A stretch of DNA of 64,000 bases from Candidatus Omnitrophota bacterium (GCA_022703585.1 JAKLDJ010000006.1:5696-69695); one strand, 5' to 3'; numbered from the stretch's first letter, positions 7,373 through 17,359 are shown. The notes: a model not told the origin generated them from the sequence alone. Made by a program: numbers and translations.

Positions 7373-9169
7373 ATGCACGCCTTAACCCTGCTTACTGTCA
7401 GCTTGCTCGTATTTGCTCTAGCCTACCGGTTTTACGCGAAATTCATTATTACAAAAGTCCTTGTTTTTGACGACAAAAGACCGACGCCTGCCCATACCTT
7501 GCGCGACGGGCAGGATTATCACCCTACCAATAAATATGTTCTTTTTGGCCATCATTTTGCGGCAATTTCCGGGGCGGGGCCATTAGTCGGCCCGGTCCTG
7601 GCGGCGCAATTCGGATTTCTCCCCGGGTTTTTATGGATATTGATCGGCGCGGTCCTGGGAGGGGCGGTGCACGACATGGTGATTCTTTTTGCCTCGGTGA
7701 GGACTAAGGGGCTTTCATTAACCAGGCTGGCCCGAAAAAGTATTGGGCCGACGGCAGGGTTGGTGACAGGGATAGCCATCCTTTTTATCATTATTACGGC
7801 CTTGGCTGGGCTTGCCTTGGTCGTGGTCAATGCCCTTAATGAAAGTGCCTGGGCAACTTTTACCATCGTGATGACGATCCCGGCGGCTTTCTTGGTTGCC
7901 TTGTATATGTATAAACTACGCCCGGGAAAAATTATCGAGGCCTCGCTGCTGGGGATGGTTGTTGTTATGGCGGGGGTTGTATTCGGTGAGCCGTTATCAA
8001 GGTCGGGATTTGGGCAGTATTTCTTGCTTTCTAAACCCGCGCTTTCTGTTGCCTTGCCGGTGTACGGCTGTATTGCCTCAATCCTGCCGGTGTGGCTTTT
8101 GCTGTGCCCGCGCGATTATTTAAGTTCCTACATGAAAATCGGGACCATCGGTCTTTTAGCGGTTGGAATAGTCATTGTTAACCCTCAGCTTAAAATGCCG
8201 GCGGTGACAAGCTTCATACACGGCGGCGGGCCGATTATTCCGGGTAAGGTTTGGCCGTTTGTGTGCATAACCATTGCCTGCGGGGCGATTAGCGGCTTTC
8301 ACAGCTTGATCAGCTCGGGGACAACTCCCAAGATGATTAGCCGGGAATCGGAAATACGGATGATCGGTTTCGGGGCGATGCTTGTCGAGGCGGTTGTTTC
8401 TATCATGGCGTTGATTGCGGCTACCGTGCTTTTGCCGGGGGATTATTTTGCTATTAATGTGCCGGTGGAGGTATTTCATAAATTGGGATTAAGCACGGTG
8501 CATCTTGCGGAAATCGAAAAAATGACAGGCGAGGCCTTGGCCGGGCGCACCGGAGGCGCTGTTTCGTTGGCCGCGGGGATGTCGGTTATTTTATCGTCAA
8601 TCCCGGGAATGAAGCATCTCATGGGATATTGGTATCATTTTGCAATCATGTTTGAGGCGCTGTTTATTTTGACAACGGTGGATACCGGCACGCGGGTGGC
8701 CCGTTATATCCTTCAAGAACTTGCCAAGCTGGCAAGGCCCCGCTGGCAAGGGGCAAGCAGTTTGCCCGGGGTTATCACAACCAGCATTTTAATCAGTTTT
8801 CTCTGGGGATATTTAGTCTATAACGGAGATATTTCCACTATCTGGCCGATGTTTGGGGTGGCCAACCAGCTTTTGGCTACTCTGGCGCTATTAGTGGGGA
8901 CAATGTATATCCTCAAGCATTCCAAGCGATGGAGCTATGGATTGATCACATTTTTGCCGGCGTTATTTATGTTTGCAACAACCGTCGTTGCGGGAATATT
9001 AAATATTACGGGAAATTACTTACCCAAACACACCTTCCAGGGGAATCTCAATGCGGCCCTTTCGGGAATCATGATTATTCTCGTGGTTATCGTATTTCTT
9101 GAAACCTTAAAAAAGATGTATAGGCTGCGGATAACAGGCCTAGGCGTACCGAAAATAAAAGCAGCGTAA
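7373..9169 (+). CDS. cstA: Carbon starvation protein A (peptide transporter CstA family)
   Basis: FGHHFAAISGAGPLVGPVLAAQFGFLPGFLWILIGAVLGGAVHDMVILFASVR and the overall 598-aa polytopic membrane protein are typical of CstA. Confidence 0.9.
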   Translation: MHALTLLTVSLLVFALAYRFYAKFIITKVLVFDDKRPTPAHTLRDGQDYHPTNKYVLFGHHFAAISGAGPLVGPVLAAQFGFLPGFLWILIGAVLGGAVHDMVILFASVRTKGLSLTRLARKSIGPTAGLVTGIAILFIIITALAGLALVVVNALNESAWATFTIVMTIPAAFLVALYMYKLRPGKIIEASLLGMVVVMAGVVFGEPLSRSGFGQYFLLSKPALSVALPVYGCIASILPVWLLLCPRDYLSSYMKIGTIGLLAVGIVIVNPQLKMPAVTSFIHGGGPIIPGKVWPFVCITIACGAISGFHSLISSGTTPKMISRESEIRMIGFGAMLVEAVVSIMALIAATVLLPGDYFAINVPVEVFHKLGLSTVHLAEIEKMTGEALAGRTGGAVSLAAGMSVILSSIPGMKHLMGYWYHFAIMFEALFILTTVDTGTRVARYILQELAKLARPRWQGASSLPGVITTSILISFLWGYLVYNGDISTIWPMFGVANQLLATLALLVGTMYILKHSKRWSYGLITFLPALFMFATTVVAGILNITGNYLPKHTFQGNLNAALSGIMIILVVIVFLETLKKMYRLRITGLGVPKIKAA

Positions 9170-9183
9170 TCGAGAGTATTCGC

Positions 9184-10305
9184 ATGGAAAAAACGGATAT
9201 TGCGATCATAGGGGCGGGTGCCGTCGGGTTAGCGGTAGCTTTCCGGCTCTCGGAATTCTATAAAGATATTTTTATCATTGAAAGGAATTCCTCTTTCGGG
9301 CAGGAGACGAGCTCCCGCAACAGTGAAGTGATTCACGGCGGGATGTATTATCCTCCGGATTCCCTTAAAAAGAAAACATGTATTGAAGGAAGGCGTTTGT
9401 TGTATCAGTATTGCCGGGAAAACGATATTCCCCATAAGAAAGTCGGAAAATTGATCGTGGCGATTGATCCGGATGAAATCCGGGATTTAGAGGCCCTTTT
9501 TAAACAGGGTCAGGAAAACGGCGTGGAGGGTTTAAAACTTCTTTCGAAAGAGGAGATTAAGAAGATCGAACCGAACATAAGGGCCGAGGCGGCGATTTAT
9601 TCGCCCGAAACAGGCATTATTGACTCCCATAGTTTTATGAAAAATCTTGTTTTCCGGTTCGAGCGTAACAATGGATTTATCGTTTATAATTCCGAAGTCA
9701 CCGGTATCGATAAAACAAAAGAAGGATTTGAAATGACGCTTAAGAGTGCGCAGGAAGGAGAGCTTAAACTTGCGGCTCGTGTTGTCATTAATGCGGCGGG
9801 TTTGAATTCTGATAAAGTTGCCCGCATGGCCGGTTTGATGAAGGATGAATATACGCTTAAATATTGCAAGGGCGATTACTTTCGCTCGAACCAACGAAAG
9901 GCAAAATTCATCAACCACCTTATTTATCCGGTGCCGGTTAAAGACCATGCGGGGCTTGGGGTTCATGCGACCCTGGATTTGGCCGGGGGTTTGCGTTTTG
10001 GGCCCGATACGGAATACGTGAAAGAAATTTATTATGATATCGATCCCAAAAAAGGAAAATCTTTTTATGAAAGTATCCGCCGATTTCTGCCGTTTATGGA
10101 AGAGGGAGACTTAAGCCCTGATACGGCGGGCATGCGGCCGAAACTGCAGGGGGAGGGCGAGGGTTTTCGCGATTTCATCATTAAAGAGGAGTCCGCTAAT
10201 CACCTGCCAGGGCTTATCAATCTTATCGGTATTGAATCTCCCGGGCTCACGGGTGCTCTTTCAATAGGGGGGATGGTAAAGGGAATGGTTGACGCATTGT
10301 GTTAG
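9184..10305 (+). CDS. FAD-dependent oxidoreductase, L-2-hydroxyglutarate oxidase/dehydrogenase-like
   Basis: DIAIIGAGAVGLAVA Rossmann motif and the ERNSSFGQETSSRNSEVIHGGMYYP segment, characteristic of the LhgO/L2HGDH subgroup of the DAO family. Confidence 0.65.
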   Translation: MEKTDIAIIGAGAVGLAVAFRLSEFYKDIFIIERNSSFGQETSSRNSEVIHGGMYYPPDSLKKKTCIEGRRLLYQYCRENDIPHKKVGKLIVAIDPDEIRDLEALFKQGQENGVEGLKLLSKEEIKKIEPNIRAEAAIYSPETGIIDSHSFMKNLVFRFERNNGFIVYNSEVTGIDKTKEGFEMTLKSAQEGELKLAARVVINAAGLNSDKVARMAGLMKDEYTLKYCKGDYFRSNQRKAKFINHLIYPVPVKDHAGLGVHATLDLAGGLRFGPDTEYVKEIYYDIDPKKGKSFYESIRRFLPFMEEGDLSPDTAGMRPKLQGEGEGFRDFIIKEESANHLPGLINLIGIESPGLTGALSIGGMVKGMVDALC

Positions 10306-10317
10306 CTTTTTAAAGTG

Positions 10318-10346
10318 TTGACATTCCCGGAAATTGACGCTATAAA
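10318..10346 (+). promoter_or_regulatory. Sigma70-like promoter of the ferritin gene, with a palindromic candidate operator in the spacer
   Basis: TTGACA (10318-10323), a 17-nt spacer, then TATAAA (10341-10346). The spacer contains the palindrome aTTCCCGGAAt (10323-10334). Confidence 0.5.
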
Positions 10347-10388
10347 GTAGTCTATTCAATTTAAGATTGCGTACCTAAAGGAGGGTGT

Positions 10389-10880
10389 ATGGTTATCAAG
10401 GAGAAGTTACAAAAAGCTATCAATAAGCAAATCAACGCGGAGCTGTATTCGTCGTATCTGTATCTGTCCATGGCGGCGTATTTTGAATCAATGAATTTTA
10501 AAGGGTTTGCCCACTGGCTTCAGCTGCAGGCTAACGAGGAGAACCAGCACGCGATGAAATTCTACGCCTACGTTATCGAGCGGGGCGGAAAAGTCGTTTT
10601 GACCGAAATCGCGGCCCCTAAAGCCGAATGGAAATCACCTTTGGCTGCTTTTGAAGAGGTTTATGCCCACGAAATGAAGGTAACTTCACTGATCAACGAT
10701 TTAATGAAATTAGCCAAGGATGACAATGATTTTGCCACCGAATCACTTCTCAAGTGGTATGTCGATGAGCAGGTGGAAGAAGAAGCTAATGCGCTTTCAA
10801 TCGTCGAGAAACTAAAACTTATTAAGGATTCGAATAACGGTTTATTTATGTTGGACCACGAGCTGGGAGGGCGGAAGTAG
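10389..10880 (+). CDS. ftnA: Non-heme ferritin
   Basis: INAELYSSYLYLSMAAYFE...GFAHWLQLQANEENQHAMKFYAYV...LKWYVDEQVEEE: the canonical ferritin di-iron residues. AAAGGAGGG RBS. Confidence 0.85.
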   Translation: MVIKEKLQKAINKQINAELYSSYLYLSMAAYFESMNFKGFAHWLQLQANEENQHAMKFYAYVIERGGKVVLTEIAAPKAEWKSPLAAFEEVYAHEMKVTSLINDLMKLAKDDNDFATESLLKWYVDEQVEEEANALSIVEKLKLIKDSNNGLFMLDHELGGRK

Positions 10881-10920
10881 ATCGCGCCGATTTTTGTCAA
10901 AGGCATAGATTGTCTTTTTA

Positions 10921-10953
10921 AGGGGCCCCGTTGTCACGGGGCCCCTTTGTTTA
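10921..10953 (+). terminator. Intrinsic terminator after the ferritin gene
   Basis: GGGGCCCCGttgtcaCGGGGCCCCtttgttt. Confidence 0.65.
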
Positions 10954-11071
10954 ATCATGATTATTTTAAGAAGCTGTCCTTTGTTTTCCGTTGTTGTGAT
11001 ATAATACGTCGTTTTAGATAATAAGCACCAGTCTTTTTGAGGCAATTCAACAAACCCAATACCGGACAATA

Positions 11072-12490
11072 ATGGCTAGAATACTGCTGATACGTACCAG
11101 AAGCGAGAAATACGAAAAGGCCTATGGCGCACCGCCTTTAGGGCTTTTATATCTTGGCGCTGTTTTGCGGCAGAATCATGCGCATCAGGTCAAGATCTTG
11201 GATATGCGGGCGGATTTTCTTGCTGTTGCCGACGCGTCTAAAGAGTTTGTGTCGTTTCAGCCGGATATTGTCGGTATCAGCGGTTTTACCCTGGAAGTGA
11301 ACATGCTGCACCAGGTGGCCGCGGCCATCAAAAGGGAAAGCCCGGGTTGCCCGATTGTAGTCGGCGGGCCGCATGCCAATGCGTGTTCGCAAGAACTCCT
11401 GGATGATTTCCATATCAATTATGTTGTCTTAGGCGAGGGCGAGAAGACCCTTCCCGACTTGATCGAAGCGGTTGTTTTAAAAACCAAGGATGTTAATGCC
11501 GTCAGAGGAATTGTTTTTAAGAAAGACGGGAAGATTGTGCGTACAGGGCCCCGAGAACCCGTTTCAAATCTTGACGAACTCCCCTTTCCCGGCTGGGACC
11601 TGATCGACGTGGAAAAGTATTATGCATTACCGCGTTTTATGCCCTTTACGCCGGATGGCGGAACGCCCTATATGCCGATTATGACTTCGCGGGGCTGTCC
11701 TTACAGCTGTACCTATTGCCATAATATTTTGGGCAAACAATTTAGAGCCAGGTCTGCGGAGAATGTTTTTGCGGAAATTGAGGCGCTTTATCAGCGGTAT
11801 GGTATCACGGATTTTGAGTTTACGGATGATTGTTTCAACCTGGACAAAAAGCGAGTCCTTGCGATTTGCGAGCTTATTATTAAGTCGGGGGTAAAGATGA
11901 AACTGTCTTTCCCGAACGGCTTAAGAGGCGATGTCTTGGATGAGGAGATTTTAGGTAAATTACGCGATGCCGGAACGCGGCTGATTTGCCTGGCGCCCGA
12001 AACAGGTTCAAAACGATTGCAGAAGCTTATTAAGAAGAACATGGACCTGGAAAAACTGCAGCGGATGATTTCTGCGGCCGTTAAACTGGGGATTCATGTG
12101 CACGGATTTTTTATGCTGGGTTTTCCGACGGAGACGAAAAGCGATTTAAAAGAGACCTTAAGATTTATTGGGCGGACCAAGTTACATACTGCGGACTTTT
12201 TTATTGTCAATTTATTTCCCGATACCGAGATGTATCGCGCAGCCAAAGCAGCGGGAAAAAATGTCCCGGAACGGTTCGATGATATCGATTACCATGATAC
12301 GAATTTTAACATCAGTGATGTCTCGAATAAGGAGCTTATCGCGATCCAGAAGAAATTTTTTATGGCGTTCTACTTTGATCCCCGCAGGATATGGCGTATT
12401 TTGTTCAGCCCGGTTATTCAGAAGAGATTTTTGATTTATTACGCGGTTATTTTCTTAAGGCGGGTTATTTTAAGGCGACGGGAAAGCTAG
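11072..12490 (+). CDS. B12-binding domain radical SAM protein
   Basis: N-terminal B12-binding-like region (PPLGLLYLGAVL...) and the radical SAM CxxxCxxC motif in TSRGCPYSCTYCHN. Confidence 0.85.
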   Translation: MARILLIRTRSEKYEKAYGAPPLGLLYLGAVLRQNHAHQVKILDMRADFLAVADASKEFVSFQPDIVGISGFTLEVNMLHQVAAAIKRESPGCPIVVGGPHANACSQELLDDFHINYVVLGEGEKTLPDLIEAVVLKTKDVNAVRGIVFKKDGKIVRTGPREPVSNLDELPFPGWDLIDVEKYYALPRFMPFTPDGGTPYMPIMTSRGCPYSCTYCHNILGKQFRARSAENVFAEIEALYQRYGITDFEFTDDCFNLDKKRVLAICELIIKSGVKMKLSFPNGLRGDVLDEEILGKLRDAGTRLICLAPETGSKRLQKLIKKNMDLEKLQRMISAAVKLGIHVHGFFMLGFPTETKSDLKETLRFIGRTKLHTADFFIVNLFPDTEMYRAAKAAGKNVPERFDDIDYHDTNFNISDVSNKELIAIQKKFFMAFYFDPRRIWRILFSPVIQKRFLIYYAVIFLRRVILRRRES

Positions 12491-12536
12491 TGTCTTGAGA
12501 AGTTTATTCTGTGATGTTTTAAGAATATTTAATTTG

Positions 12537-12565
12537 TTGAGTAAAATTTTTGTTTGTGCTATATT
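12537..12565 (+). promoter_or_regulatory. Sigma70-like promoter
   Basis: TTGAGT, a 17-nt spacer, then TATATT, upstream of the 12612 gene. Confidence 0.45.
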
Positions 12566-12611
12566 AAAGCCCTAAACCAGCCAAATACATGTGGGTGAAA
12601 GGAGGAGGGGT

Positions 12612-13010
12612 ATGAAGAAAATATTAGCAGTGGTGATAGCGGTGATGGTTGTTTTTGCATTCGTATCCGTTAGTTCAGCCGGGCTATTGAAACATCCGCC
12701 AAAAGGTGGGACAGGCAAGCGTTATATTGACCCGGCTGCGGCCGCAGCGATGCAGGCAAAAGCAGCACAGGCTACGACAGCAACAAAGGCAGCTGCACCG
12801 AAAGCGGCAACAGCAGCTAAGGCTGCTCCTGTAACCATAGCGGGAACGGTCGTATCTGTTAATTCGATGAACGGGACGGTTGTGGTCAAGGATTCAATGG
12901 GGATCAATAGAACAGTTACCGCGGGAAGCAAAGCGCTGGCAGGAATCAAAGCCGGTGATTCAATTTCAGCCACGATCGATGGCACCGCAGTAAGCGTTAC
13001 GAAGCAGTAG
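12612..13010 (+). CDS. Secreted Ala-rich low-complexity protein, hypothetical
   Basis: AAAGGAGGAGGG RBS. Signal peptide MKKILAVVIAVMVVFAFVSVSSAG, an Ala/Lys/Thr-rich repeat region, and a C-terminal beta-rich segment. Confidence 0.5.
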   Translation: MKKILAVVIAVMVVFAFVSVSSAGLLKHPPKGGTGKRYIDPAAAAAMQAKAAQATTATKAAAPKAATAAKAAPVTIAGTVVSVNSMNGTVVVKDSMGINRTVTAGSKALAGIKAGDSISATIDGTAVSVTKQ

Positions 13011-13043
13011 TTGTCTAGGGAAAAAGATTTTAATTAAGCTGAA

Positions 13044-13088
13044 TGGCGGGCCAGCCGTCTTTAAAGACGGCTGGCCCGCTTTTAATTA
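13044..13088 (+). terminator. Intrinsic terminator
   Basis: GCGGGCCAGCCGTCTTTaaAGACGGCTGGCCCGCttttaatt. Confidence 0.65.
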
Positions 13089-13113
13089 TTTGCTCAAAAG
13101 TAAAAATTTCTTA

Positions 13114-13141
13114 TTGATTAATAGTGGTATTGCAGTATAAT
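13114..13141 (+). promoter_or_regulatory. Sigma70-like promoter
   Basis: TTGATT, a 16-nt spacer, then TATAAT, upstream of the 13203 gene. Confidence 0.45.
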
Positions 13142-13202
13142 CAGCATTTAAATTATCAAGATTTATTAAGCAGAATATTATTCAGGAAAGGGGGTGAATC
13201 AA

Positions 13203-13493
13203 ATGAAAAAAGTGATTTGGTTAGTGTTAGGGTTATGCTTTGTGGCTTCTTTAGCCTTGGCCCAAGGAATGGTTAAAGAAATGGCCGTCGATAAACCCGG
13301 GTCAGTAGCCGGGGGTGAAGTTGTTGCCGATACGGTTACTTCGCCTGTGGTGGAAGCAGAGGAAGTGGTTATCAATAAAGAAGTCATGCCTGCAGCTGAA
13401 ACAGACGAAATGGAAGCAGTGGAAGAGAAAGTAGCTGCACCCGAAGCAGTTGCTCCGGTTGTCGAAAGCAAAGAAGTGGAGCCGGCCAAGTAG
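13203..13493 (+). CDS. Secreted acidic Glu/Val/Ala-rich low-complexity protein, hypothetical
   Basis: Signal peptide MKKVIWLVLGLCFVASLALAQG followed by an acidic repetitive region. AAAGGGGGTGAA RBS. Confidence 0.45.
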   Translation: MKKVIWLVLGLCFVASLALAQGMVKEMAVDKPGSVAGGEVVADTVTSPVVEAEEVVINKEVMPAAETDEMEAVEEKVAAPEAVAPVVESKEVEPAK

Positions 13494-13644
13494 GGTTTTT
13501 TGCTGGAAATAGTGATTGAAGGTGAGATTAAGAGTTTCAAGAATATTCCGAGCGAAAATTACAGGTCGAGGTTGTCGCCAAAAAACTCGGTGAGAGCTCA
13601 AGCCTGATTTCCATAAAAGATCAGGAATAATCGCTATCGTTTCT

Positions 13645-13690
13645 CGAAAAGGGGCGTTTGGCCGGAAGGCCAAACGCCCCTTTTGTTTAA
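13645..13690. terminator. Bidirectional intrinsic terminator between convergent genes
   Basis: aaaaGGGGCGTTTGGCCggaaGGCCAAACGCCCCttttgttt. Confidence 0.65.
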
Positions 13691-13713
13691 TTTCTCAGGA
13701 ATTTAGAATGAAT

Positions 13714-13932
13714 CTATTTTAACGATTTTGTCAGCTGGTGGTATTTCTTCCAGTAGATGATATGATTGATGCCGTGCAGAATAAGTCCCAGGGCAAGAAA
13801 TATCCAGATCCAGATAGCGAGCGGCTCCAATTTTCCTGAAAGGACAAGGCCCAGACTTATGCCTAAGCACAGGAAGGTTGCCAGTTCAATAATGATGCAG
13901 GCCGAAAGGTCTTTTTTATTTATTGTATCCAT
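13714..13932 (-). CDS. Small membrane protein, hypothetical
   Basis: 72 aa with two hydrophobic helices. Confidence 0.4.
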   Translation of the reverse strand: MDTINKKDLSACIIIELATFLCLGISLGLVLSGKLEPLAIWIWIFLALGLILHGINHIIYWKKYHQLTKSLK

Positions 13933-13947
13933 TTTACAGAGCGATTA

Positions 13948-14559
13948 TTATGTTGCCTGTGATTTTGTGGCGGGAAAGTGGCGCTGTGTTATGGCCCGGA
14001 CTTCGTTTAGCCATTCCCTCCGCTGTTCGGCGGAGCTGATAATAACAACGCTGAATGTCCGCCGCACGAATTTTTCTACCCCGCAAAAATCAAAAATACA
14101 TTTTTTCCAGAGTGTTTCCAGGGGGTCGCCGAATGCCGTCATTTCCCGGTCTTCCGGAGTATTGGCGGTATTAAAAACGATCGCTGTCTTTGCTTTTAAT
14201 AATCCTTTCGGCACTCCTTCGCCGCTATCGGTTGTCGCAAATTCGTAAGCAACGCCCTGGCGCAAGACACGGTCTATCCAGCCTTTTAAGATAGCCGGTG
14301 GCTGGCCCCACCAGTTCGGGTGAATGATGATGATACCGTCGGCTTGGGTGATTTCGTCGCAATGTTTTTTAATCACATTTTCTAATTTTACGTTTTTAGC
14401 CAGTTCCTCGGGGGGCAAGAGAGGATTGAATCCTTCAGCGTAGAGATCGTGGCATGTGACCCCGTAACCGTTATCTCGTAAGGCCTGAGCGGCTGTTTCG
14501 GCAATGGCATGGTTAAAGCTTCCCTTTTGAGGCACTCCCAGAATGATAGAAATCTTCAC
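13948..14559 (-). CDS. NAD(P)H-dependent oxidoreductase, flavodoxin-like fold (NAD(P)H:quinone oxidoreductase / MdaB-like)
   Basis: MKISIILGVPQKGSFNHAIAE...IIIHPNWWGQPPAILKGWIDRV, typical of the Flavodoxin_2 family. Confidence 0.75.
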   Translation of the reverse strand: MKISIILGVPQKGSFNHAIAETAAQALRDNGYGVTCHDLYAEGFNPLLPPEELAKNVKLENVIKKHCDEITQADGIIIIHPNWWGQPPAILKGWIDRVLRQGVAYEFATTDSGEGVPKGLLKAKTAIVFNTANTPEDREMTAFGDPLETLWKKCIFDFCGVEKFVRRTFSVVIISSAEQRREWLNEVRAITQRHFPATKSQAT

Positions 14560-14749
14560 GTCTTTCTCCTTTAAAATGTCTATCGAATTATAGCAAGAAT
14601 TTCCCTTTTAAGAAATAGTGTTTAAGAAAATGAAGTTTACAATGGGCTCGGGCAGGAAATATGCCCCAACTTTCTTGACGCAGCCAGGTTTAGTTATTAC
14701 AATAAATTAAAGATAAAAGGTTTTTCAGCACAGCGGAGATTTATTCAAT

Positions 14750-15532
14750 ATGGATAGAAGGAAACTTGTTTATATCGGGATACTTCTGTTGTCAATTGTT
14801 CTTATCTGCTCTGCCTATTCGTCGGAGCTGTCCCGGTGGCTTTCTTTCGGCAAAGAAAATGCGCCCAAGGAGCGGAAAGAGGACGTTTTTAAAAATCCTG
14901 TATTCCATGATGTCAAGCCTCAGAAATGGTTTCCCTTCAACAGAGAAAATGCGCTTAAGGAATGGCAGGAGAAGGTTTTTAGAGGCCGCGTGCTCTATGC
15001 TGTTAAACCCCGCAAAGAAATCGGGTATCTTTCCGCGCAGAGTGATCAGACCTGCTCAGGATTAGTTTATCATATCAGATTTGATCCTAGAAAATTTCCT
15101 ATGATAAGCTGGAACTGGAAAGTGCTGAAATTTCCGGCTAAGAATGAGCCCCCGCAGAAAGGAAAAGGCAAAGAGAGGGGATGGATTGAGAGAGACGATT
15201 ATGCGGCAAGGGTCTATGTCATATTCTTAAGCTGGAATTTTATGAATATCCATAGTCTTGAGTATGTCTGGGATGAGAATTTGCCCGAAGAAACGATTAT
15301 TTCAAGTCCGTATTTCTCAAATCTTAAACTCATTGTTGTCGAGTCCGGCAAAAAAAACATGGATGATTGGGTGTTTGAGAAGCGCAATATCTATAACGAT
15401 TATAAGAAGGCGTTTGGGAGAGCCCCCAACCGCCCCGTCGGCGCCATTGCCCTGATGACTGATTCGGACAATACGGTGTCAACGGCTGAGGCGCTCTACA
15501 TGGATATAAAGGTGGGGTACAAAGATGAATAA
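14750..15532 (+). CDS. DUF3047 domain protein
   Basis: N-terminal TM/signal peptide and ...LYAVKPRKEIGYLSAQSDQTCSGLVYHIRFDPRKFPMISWNWKV..., matching the DUF3047 pattern. Confidence 0.55.
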   Translation: MDRRKLVYIGILLLSIVLICSAYSSELSRWLSFGKENAPKERKEDVFKNPVFHDVKPQKWFPFNRENALKEWQEKVFRGRVLYAVKPRKEIGYLSAQSDQTCSGLVYHIRFDPRKFPMISWNWKVLKFPAKNEPPQKGKGKERGWIERDDYAARVYVIFLSWNFMNIHSLEYVWDENLPEETIISSPYFSNLKLIVVESGKKNMDDWVFEKRNIYNDYKKAFGRAPNRPVGAIALMTDSDNTVSTAEALYMDIKVGYKDE

Positions 15533-15953
15533 AAAAAACCGAAGAGGCGGGAAGGCTTTTGCGAACACGTTGCACAGGGAAATATTTTTCTTAATATCTC
15601 TTACGGCTGTTGTGCCGGCGGCGGTTACCGCCTTTGCGCTTTTCTACCTAATTTTTAGCATTACCGCTGAGCAAATGGGGATACCGGAGGCCATTGGCTA
15701 TAATCTCATACCGGCGGCTCAGCGCACTGTCGGGGTTTTACTGGTTGCGGTTCCGATTTGCGTGGCGGTTCTGCTTTTTATTGCGCACCGCATTACCCAC
15801 AGGATCGTGGGGCCTTTTGACCGTATCGTGCGGGAATTGAGTGAGATAGCCCAGGGTACGCGCAAGGGGCATATTTTTCTGCGCAAGGGTGATAAATTTC
15901 AACCGCTGGTGGATAAGATCAACAATTTAATCGATAAAGCCCTGCGGGCTTAA
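15525..15953 (+). CDS. Two-TM membrane protein with a HAMP-like domain
   Basis: Overlaps the DUF3047 gene by 8 nt. HRIVGPFDRIVRELSEIAQG...LVDKINNLIDKA resembles HAMP. Confidence 0.45.
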   Translation: MNKKNRRGGKAFANTLHREIFFLISLTAVVPAAVTAFALFYLIFSITAEQMGIPEAIGYNLIPAAQRTVGVLLVAVPICVAVLLFIAHRITHRIVGPFDRIVRELSEIAQGTRKGHIFLRKGDKFQPLVDKINNLIDKALRA

Positions 15954-15991
15954 ATCCGTAAAATCAATCTAAAACGTGTCAGGTGTGTTTT

Positions 15992-16022
15992 TAAAGACCG
16001 CCTTAGAGAGACGGTCTTTTAA
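15992..16022 (+). terminator. Intrinsic terminator
   Basis: AAGACCGccttagagagaCGGTCTTtt. Confidence 0.5.
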
Positions 16023-16042
16023 TTTCTTTCAGGAAGGTGCCA

Positions 16043-17359
16043 ATGAGCGGCAAGTTAAATTCAGATAAGGAGATATCAACGCTTAATCATATTTTCCGGG
16101 CGCTGCACTATCGGAATTTTCGCCTATTTTTCTTCGGCCAGGGCGTATCGTTAGTCGGTACCTGGATACAGCAGATCGCTATGAGTTGGCTCGTTTATCG
16201 GCTGACTGGTTCGGCTTTTATTTTGGGTGTTGTTAGTTTCTCAAGCCAAATCCCCACTTTTCTTTTTAGTCCCTTTACCGGCGTCTTGGCGGACCGCTGG
16301 AACCGTCACCGCATGCTGCTGGTAACGCAAACCCTTTCAATGGTCCAGGCTCTTACTCTTGCGTTTTTAATATGGCAAGGGACCATTGCCGTGTGGCATA
16401 TTATTATTTTGGGATTTATGTTGGGGTGTATAAATTCTGTCGATATACCGGCGCGCCAGTCCTTCCTTATTGACATGGTTGAGCAAAAAGAACTTCTTGG
16501 TAATGCGATCGCCTTGAATTCTTTCATGTTCAATGGAGCAAGGTTAATCGGCCCTGTGATTGCGGGGGTTCTGATCACGCTTACCGGTGAGGGAGCGTGT
16601 TTTTTAATCAACGGCCTAAGTTTCCTGGCGGTTATTGCCTGTCTTTGGGCGATGGAAATCAAGAAACAGGAGGCAAGGTCAAAAAATGCCCACGCCTGGA
16701 GGGAATTACAGGAAGGCATCCGGTATACATTTGGTTTTGCACCTATCCGCTCGGTCTTAGCTCTTGTGGCTATGATAAGTTTAATGGGAGCGTCCTATGT
16801 CGTGCTTATGCCTGTTTTTGCCAAGAATATCCTTTACGGCGGGCCGAAAACCCTAGGATTCTTAATGGCCGCGGTCGGCGTGGGGGCTTTGATTGCAACG
16901 ATCTACCTTGCTTCACGCAGGAAAATATTGAAATTAGGGCCGATTATCCCGGTCGCGGCATCAATTTTTGCCTTTGGCTTGATTGCCTTCTCATTTTCGA
17001 GGGTTTTGTGGCTGTCGTTGTTTTTGCTGACGATCACAGGCTTCGGGTTTATGGTCCATATGGCAGCCAGTAACACTATTATCCAAACGATTGTCGAAGA
17101 CGATAAACGCGGTCGGGTTATGAGTTTTTATATGATGGCATTTATGGGGGTGGCGCCCATGGGTAGTCTGTTGGCGGGATTTTTGGCAAACATAATCGGG
17201 GCACCCAATGCCCTGGCCTTAGGCGGCGTGGCCTGTTTTTTGGCGGCATTGGCATTTGCTAGCCAAGTCCATGCCCTGCAAAGGGTTACCGGGCCGATCT
17301 ATGAAAAACTAAGCGCCGTACCCGAAGCCGTTACTGCTGTTGACACTGTAGCTGAATGA
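16043..17359 (+). CDS. MFS transporter
   Basis: 12-TM pattern, with GVLADRWNRHRMLL and other MFS signature loops. AGGAAGGTG RBS before the ATG at 16043. Confidence 0.8.
   Translation: MSGKLNSDKEISTLNHIFRALHYRNFRLFFFGQGVSLVGTWIQQIAMSWLVYRLTGSAFILGVVSFSSQIPTFLFSPFTGVLADRWNRHRMLLVTQTLSMVQALTLAFLIWQGTIAVWHIIILGFMLGCINSVDIPARQSFLIDMVEQKELLGNAIALNSFMFNGARLIGPVIAGVLITLTGEGACFLINGLSFLAVIACLWAMEIKKQEARSKNAHAWRELQEGIRYTFGFAPIRSVLALVAMISLMGASYVVLMPVFAKNILYGGPKTLGFLMAAVGVGALIATIYLASRRKILKLGPIIPVAASIFAFGLIAFSFSRVLWLSLFLLTITGFGFMVHMAASNTIIQTIVEDDKRGRVMSFYMMAFMGVAPMGSLLAGFLANIIGAPNALALGGVACFLAALAFASQVHALQRVTGPIYEKLSAVPEAVTAVDTVAE

Noticed and set aside
7552-8479. Several minus-strand ORFs inside cstA
   Set aside because: Antisense to a highly conserved cstA coding sequence, so they are artefacts of GC-rich sequence.
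12722-13540. Minus-strand ORFs antisense to the Ala-rich and acidic secreted protein genes
   Set aside because: They are mirror-image low-complexity translations of repetitive GC-rich codons. The plus-strand genes have signal peptides and strong RBSs.
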